From positions 259,596 to 301,284 of the forward strand of contig NMRA01000406.1 of assembly GCA_002633005.1 (NCBI GenBank): a stretch of 41,689 nucleotides of DNA. Reading direction: 5' to 3'. The position numbers were made by a program, and so were the translations under genes. Source of the DNA: Phoronis australis (Eukaryota > Animalia > Phoronida). Within the stretch, counting starts at the first letter, position 1. The number at the start of each line of letters is the position of its first letter. The notes below the pieces were generated by a model that was given only the letters and a program-made list of their open reading frames with translations, did no database searches and was not told the DNA's origin. Below, piece after piece: positions 24,001-35,500 of this stretch.

Positions 24001-27000
24001 CTAATTGTGAAGAGATGTTATGAGGGCTTCCAACGTTTTTACCATCACCATGTTTTTGACATATACTAAGTCTGAAAATCAGCATATATTCTGTCGTGCT
24101 CATTCCTTCACGGGAATTGTAGGCCAATATTGGTGATACGTTCCTGTTTGGCTAAGTTTGTGGTACGACTTTGTATTTCATTCAAACATCTCAATAAGTG
24201 ACAGGCTGTTTGTCTCTGTAGCTGCAAATGCCTTTTCTGCAATAGTATCGCCAACTTTAACTCGATTTAGCTTCAACTGACCTTAATTCCGACTAACTGA
24301 CATTAACCCGTTATGATGTTCTGGAACATTTCATCAATTCAGTCAAGCACATTCTAGAAATTTCCAGAATCTACCCAATCATTGTACATATATATACTAA
24401 GCTCTGTAGAATGTTCCAAATCATATTAATCACCACATACTAGAACTTTCAGTCTACTCCTGACAAAAGTAATAATCGCAATGGGGCAAGGCTGCGGTGC
24501 TGGGCAACTTTGTGGTGATGGGCAAAACCGTGGTGTCGGACAAGACTGTTGTGTCGGGTAAGGCCGTGGTGTCGGGTAAGGCCGTGGTGTCAGGCAAGAC
24601 TAGTGTTGATTGAGTTCGAATTACCATTTGTGTTAGAGCGAATGTAATTTCCCTTTTATAGAAATATTTCGTATTATGCGAATATCGGATTTAAAACAGT
24701 CTGTTGGGGATATGCGATACACGCGACTTGATGATAATCTTCAACTGCATTAACTTTTTATCAACTACAGGTTCAATATGGCCGTAATGGAGGAAAATGC
24801 GGCGTTTGTGGCGACGCATACGATGCGAACCCCCGTGAAAACGAAGCTGGAGGCAAATACGCTACTGGGCTCATAGTCAAGAAATACAAAACTGGCTCCG
24901 TCATTTCAGCCGTGGTTGACGTAACAACGAATCACCAAGGATATTTTGAGTTCAGCGTCTGTCCCAATAACAATCCAAAGAGAGCAGCTAAAGAAAACTG
25001 CTTTCAAAGTTTACACATAGTAGGCCACGGTTCGAAAATGATGATTGGCCGTAAGTCAGGCAAAATTATAGCAAGCGTCAGACTTCCTAGAGCATTGACA
25101 TGTTCCCAGTGCGTGTTCAGATGGATTTACACAGCGGGTAAGTTTAACGTCGAAACTTAAAATATGTGACAAACTTATTGAGGTGAACCTGTAAATAACA
25201 GATAATTCGTGTCTTGCATAGAAAGACTTCCGTGTGTGCTGCTGATAAAAATCATCATGTTGCGAACTTAAACTACTTTCTAGAATATCACCAGCGTAAG
25301 TAATCCGGAGAGGGCATTGTTTCTAATATGAAACTGAGATGCCTCGTTTCCGGGTGTACAAGGTGATAGATGGGTACCGGGACTTGCCGCTGTTGGCCTA
25401 AGCACACCCCAGCATTTTTCGTAAGCAGGGAATGTGCACACATTTTTCACAATTTCGCCGGTTGTATTTTTCCGTCGCGCTGAAAGACTTTATAATATAT
25501 ACGTGCACCTTTATTAGGATTACATTAGAAGCTTTGGTACAAACATGGGTCACATGGGTCACAGTTTTTAATTTTGGATGGTATAGACACTGTAAAAATT
25601 TTGAAGGCCCAGCGGCACCTAATTTCATAGACCCCTGTGCCCGGTTGCATGAAGCAGTCCCAAATAGGGACTCGACTAAGTTCTCTAAATCTACGGCGTA
25701 GCTGTGGACTGAGACATGCGAAAACACTGAGAGTCCTTATGCTGTTTTAGTTCCATTGCTAAGTCAATTCTTGGCTTTGATATAAAGCGAGAGTGAAGTT
25801 CATGTTGAATTCTCAATATTATTGAAAATAAGCAGGAATCTCTCATGTAACGCCCCCTAGTGTAAGGACTAAGTCCCTATATTTATGTTCATTGAATTAA
25901 GGGCTCAGAATTTAGTTATACTATTACAAAATGCCATTAGTCAAAGAGGAGCTCATAATAAAGATAAAATGACAGAAAACGAATATATCTGTCAGTAAAG
26001 AACGACAAAAAAAACATGCAAAAGATTTAGGGACCTTAGTTGAGTCCCTATTTGGGGCTGTTTACCGGGCGCTGAGGTCTTGTTCACGACGTCTTTGTTT
26101 ATTGACCCTTTATACACTATTTACGAAATGTGAAAGCCCTTTAAATACGCCAGGAATGCAAAATTCTTTGATAACACAAGTTCGGTTGAACATTGGCTTC
26201 TGCTGATTCTAACTTCCTAATACACCTCTCTTCAAAACAACACACGCTTTGTGTTGATGACATACAGTGTGACCACTGACCATAGAATGCTCATAGCGAC
26301 AATGAAGAGTACATATCCACAGTCATGTATACTTTGCTTCCACCTTCAGTGAAGAGGATTTTTCGATTCTTGCCGCCTGACAAAGTGTGTTGCATGCATT
26401 TTTGTAAAAATTTCCGTTGAAGAATCATGATCGAAAGGTGACAACGGTTCCAGGGAATTCTAGCAAAACGTCTAAATCACTAAGGCCTATACTTATGAAG
26501 GTTTCAAACATAATATAATTGTAGATTAATAATTGTTACTGGTGTCTTTAAATGTACAATCATGAGAAGAGTACAAACGTTTAACAATAATGTAAATATT
26601 CATGAATCGTAATCCTAAAGTAATAACGTCATAATGTCGGTTTAACGATGTTAGAATTACCAGCGCATACAGAAATCTGCGTCAATGTTTCCCGTACACA
26701 GCAACATAAATGCTCACTGATCCGTGAACATTACGTTCGCAGTAAACGGCGTAAATGTAGTATACATGGGCCCAGCGCCTAATATTTGTATCCGAAATCG
26801 AAATTATTTTCGACATCTTAAGATATATAATAATTCGAAGTTATCGTAAATGTGGCCCCCTAGATTCGAACTACGAACTCAAAAACTCGGAATTTCAAGT
26901 TCAAACTATAAAATATAGCGTTAATGCAGGGGTCATCAAGTGCAAGCCAGGATTAGACAATCATCCACTTAAGCCACAGTGTATTAAAGCACAGAATAGT

Positions 27001-28788
27001 AAGCACTTACACAGTGAATTTGCACAAAAGTAGATGAACTGGAAATACCAGAAGTATTTTCGAGTTCGAGTTCGATTACTCGATCAGGGTCATCATAGTT
27101 AGAATTAGCTTTAGAGAAAGATTTTGTTGTCGTCATGCAGATGATGCAATAATTAATTTTCATTGGCTACCGATCCTAATCGGCAAGACACTTAGCTCAC
27201 CTTGCCTACTAGACAGTGCAAACGTCTCAACTGGCGCTGTAGTGACGGCAGTCATTCATAGACCCTCCTTACGATTGAAGCTTTTCGGCCGATTATGCCT
27301 CACACTAGGAAATATGACGTGTCAAAATCGATAGTTGACGATTTGGGCATCTGAACGAAGGACTGTTCGAAAAAATAACTTTGATTGCGAGAAGAGTTAA
27401 AGACATCAACGGCCTCAGTTCTGATGAGGTGTCCCATTACGCGTAAAAGGTGCTTATAGTAATGTTATATTGATGTTTTAATCAATGAATATGAGGCATA
27501 ATTCGCCGAAAGGCTTCCGGTATATGGAGGGTCTATGAGATGACTATCATCTCCACTGCGGCTAGCTGAGACGGTGGTACTGTCCTACTTATCTGCGGGA
27601 GCATAATACGCTCGCGACTTAAAAAAATCCAAGAAGTGAGGAAGACATTTGCCTCACCGCTTAGCGAGGCAAGATCTTCACGGTTCATTTTTCCGCAAGC
27701 GTGAGCTATGAGCCACCGTCAATCTCATTTACATTCGATGTGCGTACCTGGCTCTGCGTCTGCGCTGGCCTTCAAAGCAGTTTCCAATCCAGCAGGACGT
27801 CGTATATTCCCAGCTTCCTCCCCAAGCCTCAAGATGGCGCTGAACGCTTTAGCCGTTTGGGGCTTGGTTATGGGAATTACCTTCAGCGCAAGGATTGGCC
27901 GCTGCCTTGACGTCATTAAAACAAAGGCAGATTTTAATTATTTTCACATGCGTTGCTGCTGCCATTCATGAAGCAGAAGGCGTTGTTTTGGTTATTTAGT
28001 AATAGTATCGTAGAAATTAATCTGATTTTGAATCAAATTGCATCATTGCCACGATTTAGACCTCATAAATTGCTCCAATATAGGCCTACAGTTACTTTCA
28101 TTTTTTATATAATACTGCAGAAAATTTCAAAGTTGATATAACTTTGTTACTCGTGATATTCCGGCGATTTCCGTAAAAATGTGAAACATTCCATTTCCCA
28201 CATAGGCGGTGGGCCAAGTTTTGTAGGGCCTCTAGAAAATGCGAGTACTTTAGGGCTAAACCGATCATCGCCATCTTGAGGCTTGGGGACGAGGTTGGTA
28301 TATTCCGTGTTCGTTCACGAGAGTTCATGGTAATTCAAGAGCCTCGTGAGTTTCTAACCTAGCACCAAACTCACTTTCAACAGTGCATGGGTGATTTGTA
28401 GCCGTACACCAGTAATTTCTGATAAAACCGCGTACTGTGGTTTACAACGTGAAATAAACAACACTCTTCGAATGATTCCACACCTTTGTGTGTTTCAGGT
28501 AACAGTTGGGGTACGGACCCTAACGGAAGGTCGTGCTTAGGATGTGGTGACCAGGAACAATTTTACGGCTGCGCTGACATCGCTATTTCCAGTTCGGGGA
28601 CATTTGGTGGCACCAAGACAGACATCTTTACCACAAAACCCAAACAAAGTGTTAAAACGACGCGACCTCCGATTACCGTAGATAGTAACTGTCTGGCCAG
28701 ACATCCATATAAAACCAAAGCAATGGACCAATGGTGTAAGCAGATGTGTTCGAAAAATGTCTGCCCTAAGAGTCATTGTCACTGTTAA
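20851..28788 (+). CDS. Secreted AA15-family lytic polysaccharide monooxygenase (chitin-binding type-4 domain), 3 exons, 269 aa
   Basis: Exons 20851-21003, 24771-25137 and 28499-28788, GT-AG, phases 0 and 1, total 810 nt. Signal peptide MVWLFIILSLAVTVNG is followed by N-terminal His (HGRLIDPPSRSSAWRFG). Other motifs: NGGKCGVCGD, second brace His in TTNHQGYFEF, TCSQCVFRWIYTAGNSWG and CGDQEQFYGCADIAI. A Thr/Lys linker and a 6-Cys tail follow. AATAAA overlaps the stop. Confidence 0.9.
21865..23470 (+). mobile_element. Kolobok-like DNA transposon derivative (1606 bp) with a decayed THAP domain, in LPMO intron 1
   Basis: TTAA on both sides (21861-21864, 23471-23474) and a perfect 14-bp TIR AGGAGAATGCCACC/GGTGGCATTCTCCT, plus subterminal inverted similarity. 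THAP remnant at 22029-22230: MPLYC/CIPASPN...ISFFRLPREPERLRKWL...LRVCGRHF, frameshifted. Confidence 0.8.
23921..24000. repeat. 26-bp tandem repeat x3
   Basis: AGGCTTAGATATAGAGACATGGGCTA repeated. Confidence 0.9.
24092..24465 (-). mobile_element. Solo-LTR-like repeat related to 36049-36802
   Basis: Bounded by TGTCG...TGACA; shares TCAAGCACATT..AGAA.TTTCC.GAATCTACCCAATCATT...ATTAATCAC..CATACTAGA with 36510-36615. No matching TSD seen. Confidence 0.45.
24520..24600. repeat. 18-bp degenerate tandem repeat
   Basis: GGTAAGGCCGTGGTGTCG-like units x about 4-5. Confidence 0.7.
24771..25137 (+). CDS. AA15 LPMO exon 2
   Basis: CTACAG|GTT, VQYGRNGGKCGVCGDAYDANPRENEAGGKYATG...WIYTA, donor G|GTAAGT. Confidence 0.9.
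25638..26071. mobile_element. MITE, possibly PIF/Harbinger-type, about 434 bp
   Basis: TIRs GCCCGGTTGCATGAAGCAGTCCCAAATAGGGACTCGACTAAG / CTTAGTTGAGTCCCTATTTGGGGCTGTTTACCGGGC, flanked by CTG on both sides (possible 3-bp TSD). Confidence 0.75.
27210..27587. mobile_element. Foldback/MITE with about 95-bp imperfect arms; a related arm lies at 13236-13331
   Basis: CATAGACCCTCC...GAAGCTTTTCGGCCGATTATGCCTCA (to 27302) pairs with TGAGGCATAATTCGCCGAAAGGCTTC...GGAGGGTCTATG (from 27492). Confidence 0.7.
27795..28310. mobile_element. MITE-like element with about 55-bp inverted ends
   Basis: CCTCCCCAAGCCTCAAGATGGCG...TTTAGCC pairs with GGCTAAA...CGCCATCTTGAGGCTTGGGGACGAGG. Confidence 0.65.
28499..28788 (+). 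CDS. AA15 LPMO exon 3
   Basis: TTTCAG|GT, GNSWGTDPNGRSCLGCGDQEQFYGCADIAI...CPKSHCHC, TAA. Confidence 0.9.
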
Positions 28789-28848
28789 TAAACGGACATA
28801 TCGCCCAAATCATTTATTTTCCTATCAACCACAATTCTTCTTTTCTCA

Positions 28849-28973
28849 CATGGGCGGTGCAGCACTGAAAAAAGCTCCCCCTGTGATGCACTGCCTATAG
28901 ACCACGTGCGGCGTAGCACTGAAAAAAGTGGGGGCTAAAGCCCCCCAGCCCCCTATCCGGTGCGCTGCCTATG
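28849..28973. mobile_element. Short dimeric hAT-like MITE; second copy at 34899-35048
   Basis: CATGGGCGGTGC...GCGCTGCCTATG ends with two AGCACTGAAAAAAG units and CCTATAGACCA.GTGCG, shared with the 34899-35048 copy. Confidence 0.6.
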
Positions 28974-29463
28974 TCTCAGTTAGTGTGGTGTGGTGTGAAC
29001 TTGATTCACTTTGACGGCTTTACCCTAACTCCGGCTGACAGCGCCACTTACAATGAAACGTGGCCCTGTGGAAACATGATGAACGACACACAGAATACCG
29101 TGATTTAGTATCAGCGCGCATGTTTGGTCGAAAGTTTGCCGATCATATCGCCACCACTGTACTTGTTTGGGCTTAAGCCAATGAATCGGGGTTCCCTTGA
29201 TTTTGTTTACTTATTGCAACTATCCATGAAATGTAATCACCATACTATTTAACAGTAAACTGAAAGGGGTTTCCCAGATTTCAACCAATGGATATGACTG
29301 AATGTTATAACGTCGATTTCATTACTTAAACCATTGAGAATTATTTGTCAGTGCTACCTCTCTCTCCCCCTCCCCTCCCCTCCTCTTCCCCTCNNNTCCC
29401 CTCCCAATCCCATCCCCTCCTCTTCCCCTACCAATCCCCTCCCCTCCCCCTCTTCCCATTTGA

Positions 29464-30286
29464 TACCGTTATGAAGACGACACTTTCGTTGTAATTAACT
29501 ACACAGAAGTGGCCCTTTCTCTCGATTTTGGATTGCGCCATTGCCGTTGGCTCTACAGATCAAGCCCGTTGCAAAATGTTCCGCAAGCCTACTTAGACAT
29601 ACAGATCAACACCTATCTTATGACTCTCATCATATCCTGGAAAAGAAGTATGTAGTTCATATCCTGGAAAAGAAGTATGTAGTAATTCGAAGTCTATTTA
29701 ACTGAGCAGGGGGCATGGTTACGTACCCCGGTCGTCAAGAAAGAAGAAGAGAAGTTACATTAAGTCATGCTCGTACAAAATGCGGTTACCCTAAACGGTC
29801 TTTCGCTAATGCAACCATGAAACAGGCGAAGATCCGTGAGCGTCTCACTACTATTGTTTCGTTCCCTTGCTTGGGAGGTGCATCTAAAAAGTTGCAACGA
29901 ATCTGTGGTAATTTTGGCATTAGAGTAGCACACAAACCGGTCAAAACGTTGAGGCGAATCTTGGTGCACTGTGACGACCAACAGGAGAAAAATCAAATAG
30001 TGGTGTTAGTTTATGGTATTCGATGTGAGGAAGAACCATGCGGCCAGTGCTATGTGGGTGAGACTGAAGAACCCATGAAGAAACGCGTGAACCAACATGA
30101 GAGCTGATGAGGAAAATACGACTCGGACATGAGCTTGACAATAAAAACGTTGAGATCTAGTGCATAGAAAAGAACTGGTTTGACAGAGGAGTACAGGAGG
30201 CTATTTACATTCAGGCCATAATATCTTCCCTTAACAAGCTAGGTGGCGCCAGGTACAAACGGCCTCGACATGGAACGAGAGCATAG
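29464..30286 (+). mobile_element. Decayed, 5'-truncated Penelope-like retroelement (end of RT plus GIY-YIG endonuclease)
   Basis: YRYEDDTFVV (degenerate YxDD), FRKPT/HTDQHLSYDSHH, KLQRICGNFGIRVAHKPVKTLRRILVH, VYGIRCEEEPCGQCYVGETEEPMKKRVNQH and EKNWFDRGVQEAIYI. There are several stops/frameshifts and a short tandem duplication near 29629-29683. Confidence 0.85.
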
Positions 30287-30316
30287 ACTGCATCGCAAGA
30301 AAAACAAGTTCCCGGT

Positions 30317-30751
30317 GGCCGGTTGCATGAAACAGTCCTAAATAGGGACTCGACGAAGGTCCCTAAGTCTTTTTGCGTATTTTTGTCTTTATGGACTCAC
30401 AGATGCAATATTTTTCATCTTCTCATCTTTATTATGAGCTCCTCTTTGATAAATGACATTTTCTAATAATAAATGTAACTAAAAACTGAGCCCATAAATC
30501 ACTAAAAATAAATAGGGACTTACTCCTTAAATTGGGGGTGTTGCATGAAAAGATCCCTGCTTATTTTCGACAATATTGACAATTTAAGGTAGAGCTCACT
30601 CTCGATTTGTATCAAAGTCAAAAGTTGACTTAGTAATGAAACTAAAACAAGACAAGAAAGATCAATCGGTGTTTTCACAAGTCAAAAAATACGCAGTAGA
30701 TTTAGGGAACTTAGTTGAGTCCCTATTTGGAACTGTTTCATGCAACCGGGC
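30317..30751. mobile_element. MITE of the same family as 25638-26071, in opposite orientation
   Basis: TIRs CCGGTTGCATGAAACAGTCCTAAATAGGGACTC / GAGTCCCTATTTGGAACTGTTTCATGCAACCGG; the internal sequence is the reverse complement of the 25.6-26.1 kb copy. Confidence 0.8.
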
Positions 30752-31997
30752 AAACGTGACCACAGTAACTGCCACTAGGGTTTTACGTCAACTCTTCGAA
30801 GGAGATGTGAGTTCGCCTAGATACTATGAATAGGTAAACAATCAGTTCAAGTCATTCTCAACGTAGTATGAAGTTCTTGAATGGCTAAAGGCCTACTGGA
30901 GAAACTAGTTACAAATACATTGGTATTGATTAATTAAGCAACAAATTTAAAACGAAACGAGTCATTCCGCGGATAGTGACTGAAAAGGGGAGTATTTTAT
31001 TTTGCAAGACATGTGATAAAGCCTAAGCTAAATGCAGTGACAGTGTTCAGTACAATATAAATCAAAACAATACTATACAAAACAAATGCAACATACCATA
31101 TTACAAACAATCACAAGCACATTCAAGTTAAACATCTTCCCTGATTTAAGATATAGTTTGACGACTGTCCACATTTTCTAAGGTGGACCTGACCCGGGTA
31201 ATAGCATATAGTTACGCCAATGCAGAGCATCTTGTGTATTCGCCAACAGTTTAGGCTGAAATAAGTAGGACACACTGCACTTAAGAAACAAAATGGGACT
31301 CACAGTACTCACCTATGTACTGGAGCTACCTCTGCTTTAAGTCGTTATTAGGCTCGTACTTTCTATCAAAATCAACCTTTGATAGGTCAACCGTTATAAA
31401 ATTGTTCCTCAATCAGCTTAGAAGTAACCCCTGGGCTCGGGAAGAGAAGTTATTCATCCAGACCAAGCTCGTAAAACTTCTGATAACGCCGTAACCTGAA
31501 ATTTTATGATCTCAGTCTCAAACAGTCACGGACTGTCAGTTTTTTGACAATCCTGAAATCTAATTTGACTAATGACAACTTTTAGATCAATTTCATAATG
31601 GTAGGTGGTCTGAACTTGAGGCCATGTACGCATTGCCTGTGACTTGAGTTACTCATTCGACAGTAATTTAAGCTCGGATGCTGGGAGTGGTAATGTTTTT
31701 AAACTCCTAAGTGCTTCGGTTAAGAAATTAACATTTACAGCTAAACATGAGCAGAATGCAGCTTTAAGTAAGTAAGGCGTGTTTGCATCGTTTCAGCCTT
31801 CAGAGAGATATCAAGGTACGTTATTGCAAGATGTTGTACGCAAAGAGTCCCCGACCTGTCTGAAAAATACAGGTGAGGGTAACAGAATGACCGTGAGCGT
31901 ATACAAGGTATGCAAAAGCACCTAGCCAGCGTCAGTGTCTCAACCCATCCAACGTCATGGTTTCAAACCTTTTGTGAGCCGTAGTTAATTTGAATTT

Positions 31998-32261
31998 TAC
32001 AGACGCCCAATAGTGCCATTTTGAAGTGAAGAAAAATATTTTATTATCTGGCACTTGCCAGATAATTATTTTGGTAGCCGCCACTTAACTGAACTACTTC
32101 CGTAGTGTCACTTCCGTACGAAAGCGACAGTACGGAAGTCATTGAATCTATTCGTCTTAACCATAACGAAGTGGCCGCCAGACAATTAATTAGTGGACGC
32201 CAGATAATTATCTGGCGGAAATTTTTTTTTCACTTCAAAACGGCACTTTTGGGCTTCAGAA
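31998..32261. mobile_element. Palindromic MITE of about 264 bp
   Basis: GCCCAATAGTGCCATTTTGAAGTGAAGAAAAAT pairs with ATTTTTTTTTCACTTCAAAACGGCACTTTTGGGC; internal GCCAGATAATTATCTGGC palindromes and CTTCCGTA/TACGGAAG motifs. Confidence 0.75.
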
Positions 32262-32419
32262 AACTTTCGATAGGAAAACGGAAAATGCAAGTTCACGATA
32301 ATTAAGGTTGTCCATTGGCTTCACGAAAGACCACTGTCTATTAACTCGAGCAAGAGTGAACGGAGTCCATTTACGCCCTTAGGGTAACACGTGCATATGT
32401 GGATTTGACGGTAAGGGCT

Positions 32420-32502
32420 TCAATTTGCCAAACAATCACTCCAGTCTGGCCAGAACTTCTCTTTCATCCGCTCGATGTACCCCGTGATATTAGTCAGTTC
32501 CT
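32420..32502 (-). CDS. FAXC: FAXC-like terminal coding exon
   Basis: Polypyrimidine tract plus CTGTAG|AG, EELTNITGYIERMKEKFWPDWSDCLAN, TGA. Confidence 0.85.
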
Positions 32503-35500
32503 CTACAGAAAAAGAAAAAAAAAACATACACACTACGTTTGTGCCGATGTAGGAATAGATAAAGAGATGGAAGTCACGGGATGGTGATGATCCAGATGAA
32601 AAAAATGACGGACAACAACAAAGACTAAGAATTTAGTGGTAAAGAACTAAATACGACATTGAAGAGGAAACCATTAAAAAGGAGGAGTTCAAACAGACGA
32701 AACAAAAGGTAGAGGCTCGACAGAGGATAACGAGATGGAAGATATTGAAAAGGATTTCAATTAGAAGAAACACGAGATAGATGCTCAACAGAAGACAACG
32801 AAGAGGTGACTATTGAAATGCAGATGTTCAACCAGAATAAACAGGAGACAGAGGCTAAACAGAAGACAACGAGGAGGAAGCTTTAGAAAGGGAGGAGCTC
32901 AAAAAGAATGAAATTAAGAGTGAATGGAGGTAGAATGGAGGCGAACAAGGAACGAACGCGCTGATGATGAAGAAGCACACAAAGCAGAATATTTTAATCA
33001 TTCTAATATTAAATATAGTTTAAAGCTAGGGCCTATTGAAATACAATTCCCGGACCTTTTGGTGTTTTCAAGAAGTAACTATTTTACTGGGATATAATTT
33101 CGTCATTCATCGCAACTTGGAAGTCAAGTGCTTTCTAAATGAGCAATGCGAATTATATATCGAAAAGAACGACAACGAAGTTGATGGGTACCGGTGATGT
33201 GCGAAGTAGCTCCGTGTGCGCTTGATTCAGCTGTAGTGGCTGTGTGTTCCGGCTGCGCATCAAATTAAGTATGAGCCCCCGTACAAGTGATTTTACCCAC
33301 AGAAAATAAGCAAATTTTGAAGAATTTTCAACAACTTAACATTTTATGTTCCATGAAACCACGAAAAGTCTTTGTAACAGCATTGTACTTGACCGTTTGA
33401 GTAATTCTATGTTGTTATACAAATTTTAGCAGGATGACGTATTCAAACTCCATCACACAGATCCTAATTTAAAATGGCTAAAATTCCATACTGAAAGATC
33501 TGTAGGAAGTCACGTGACATTTTTGTATAAATAACTTTTTTCTCACCATTCTTCTTTCCAACGCGTTAATGTTTATAATCGTGGTTCTGTTTGTCCACAC
33601 AACACCAGACAGCGCAATCAACGAACAAATCTCCGCTCTCGTTCTTTTTATCATGACATTATTCATAATGCCTTGCCTACCATTATCAATAACCTTTCTG
33701 CTCACTTTTTGAACTCTTTTATGTTGCATTTTAGGAAGACGTGTCTTGAAAACTTTAGACTGGAGTGTACCATTGTCAATTGCTACATATGTAACAGTAA
33801 TTTTCGAATTTAATTTACGTATATGCGTACGCATGTGTGAGCACATTTCAAATGCTATATATAACGTTTAATGTTTAGTAGAATATATTTTTGTACGATC
33901 TTTCAACTATCAGTATTACTTTTTCGATGATCTCAGTTATTTATTTTTTGATAATAATGTATTCACCGGTTCTTCTTGGGTTATCCATAAAATATAATTA
34001 CATTTCATTGTATGTAATGGTCTGTTTTCGTGAATAAAGTGATCTACTACTACCAATACTGTAAACCTGAGCGAAAGTCTATCTTCCGTCAGTTATTAAT
34101 CGACCTTTTTCTTTTCATTGTGTCCAGAAAAACATTTGGAGAAAGTTATTATAATTACCGTTCACAAAACCGACGCCAACACGGACGATTCCCCAGCCAC
34201 ATATTGTTACCCTGCTCTTGTCGCCAAGGGCACTGGGGTGACCTCTCTAGCGCGAATCGCATTTTACGGGTGAATAGCTGGAATTTTCGAAAGGTGACTG
34301 GGCTTATTGGTATTAGGAATTAGTAAACTACATAAATAAATGCTCATATTATTAGCATAGATCCCGAGACTTGTTAAACGTGGGAAAAGTGTCGAAGTCA
34401 GAGTGAATGAAACGCTGGAAGACGGAAACAAATGTGCCCTAACACAGTTATTTGTATGGAATAACAATAAATTGATGATCAGACACAAACTCCACACTCT
34501 GTTTAAACGAGGGTGGCCGGTGTAGAATTTAAGTTTGGTCCGCTACTAGTGGAGAAAAGATATCTCAAATGAATCACAATACTCTCGGCGGTGTCAATTT
34601 TCACGATGTAAAAATTTACTGTTGCACTGACCCCCGGACATGATGAACAGGGGGAATTTATTCTAAACAACGAAGTTTAAACATTTTCAAATGTTGCATT
34701 CGGGATCACTAAAGAGTTGTAGTAAGTCAATTTCTCTTAAAAATGTTTTGTTTGAATATAACATAACTGGTGTGTATGACCTGTCTAAGACACCTCTTGT
34801 GCCCAATTTTTCAGTAACTGCATTTTGTTTTATTTTCATTTTCAGGTCATCATAACTGACCATATCTTCCAAGTTCCATCCCAGCCATCGTTTTAATTGG
34901 CGGCGCAGCACTGAAAAAAGTGGGGGGCTAAAGCCCTCTCAGCCCCCTTGTGGCGCACCGCCCATAGACCATGTGCGACCTAGCACTGAAAAAAGTGGGG
35001 GGCTATAGCCCACCCTCCCTCCCAGTCCCCGATGGTGCGCCGCCCATGTTTTAATTTATCTCTGAGAACGGAGCTTCGCTGACGCAAGGTCTATGTTCAT
35101 CGCGGAACATACGCTGAACATAAACTAAATGAGATCACTTGCCCTTGTTAATGATGTGAACATTTGCACTCGTCCCTCTGATATGATCCTTTTGCACCAT
35201 TTTGCGCTTTCTGTGTTAATGTCGCTTCATCGTACTCCATGACGTAACCTGACCGTCTTCTCTCTCGATTCGTGTCAAAGTCGTGGTGGATGACATCGAC
35301 ATCCAATACTTCCAGATTTCACAGATTTTCAATGTATTTAACTTTTATGCTTTAGTGATTTTGTCTTTGTCTGTGCCTATTTACCCATTAGACGGCGGTT
35401 TTCTATTCCCGCCATTCCAGAGGCAGCATCTATAAATTAAAACGCTAATTTCGGACCCGGATGCTTTGTTGAGTGCAGAAACTTAGTTGAGAGCGGCCGC

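Noticed and set aside
25290-25430. SINE core-like ATGGGTACC segments (also near 33185)
   Set aside because: Too short and degenerate, with no A/B boxes or tail to support a call.
13886-28788. Sugar transporter plus LPMO as a polysaccharide-utilisation-like cluster
   Set aside because: Only two genes 5.5 kb apart in an animal genome, with no hydrolase or shared regulatory evidence; adjacency is probably chance.
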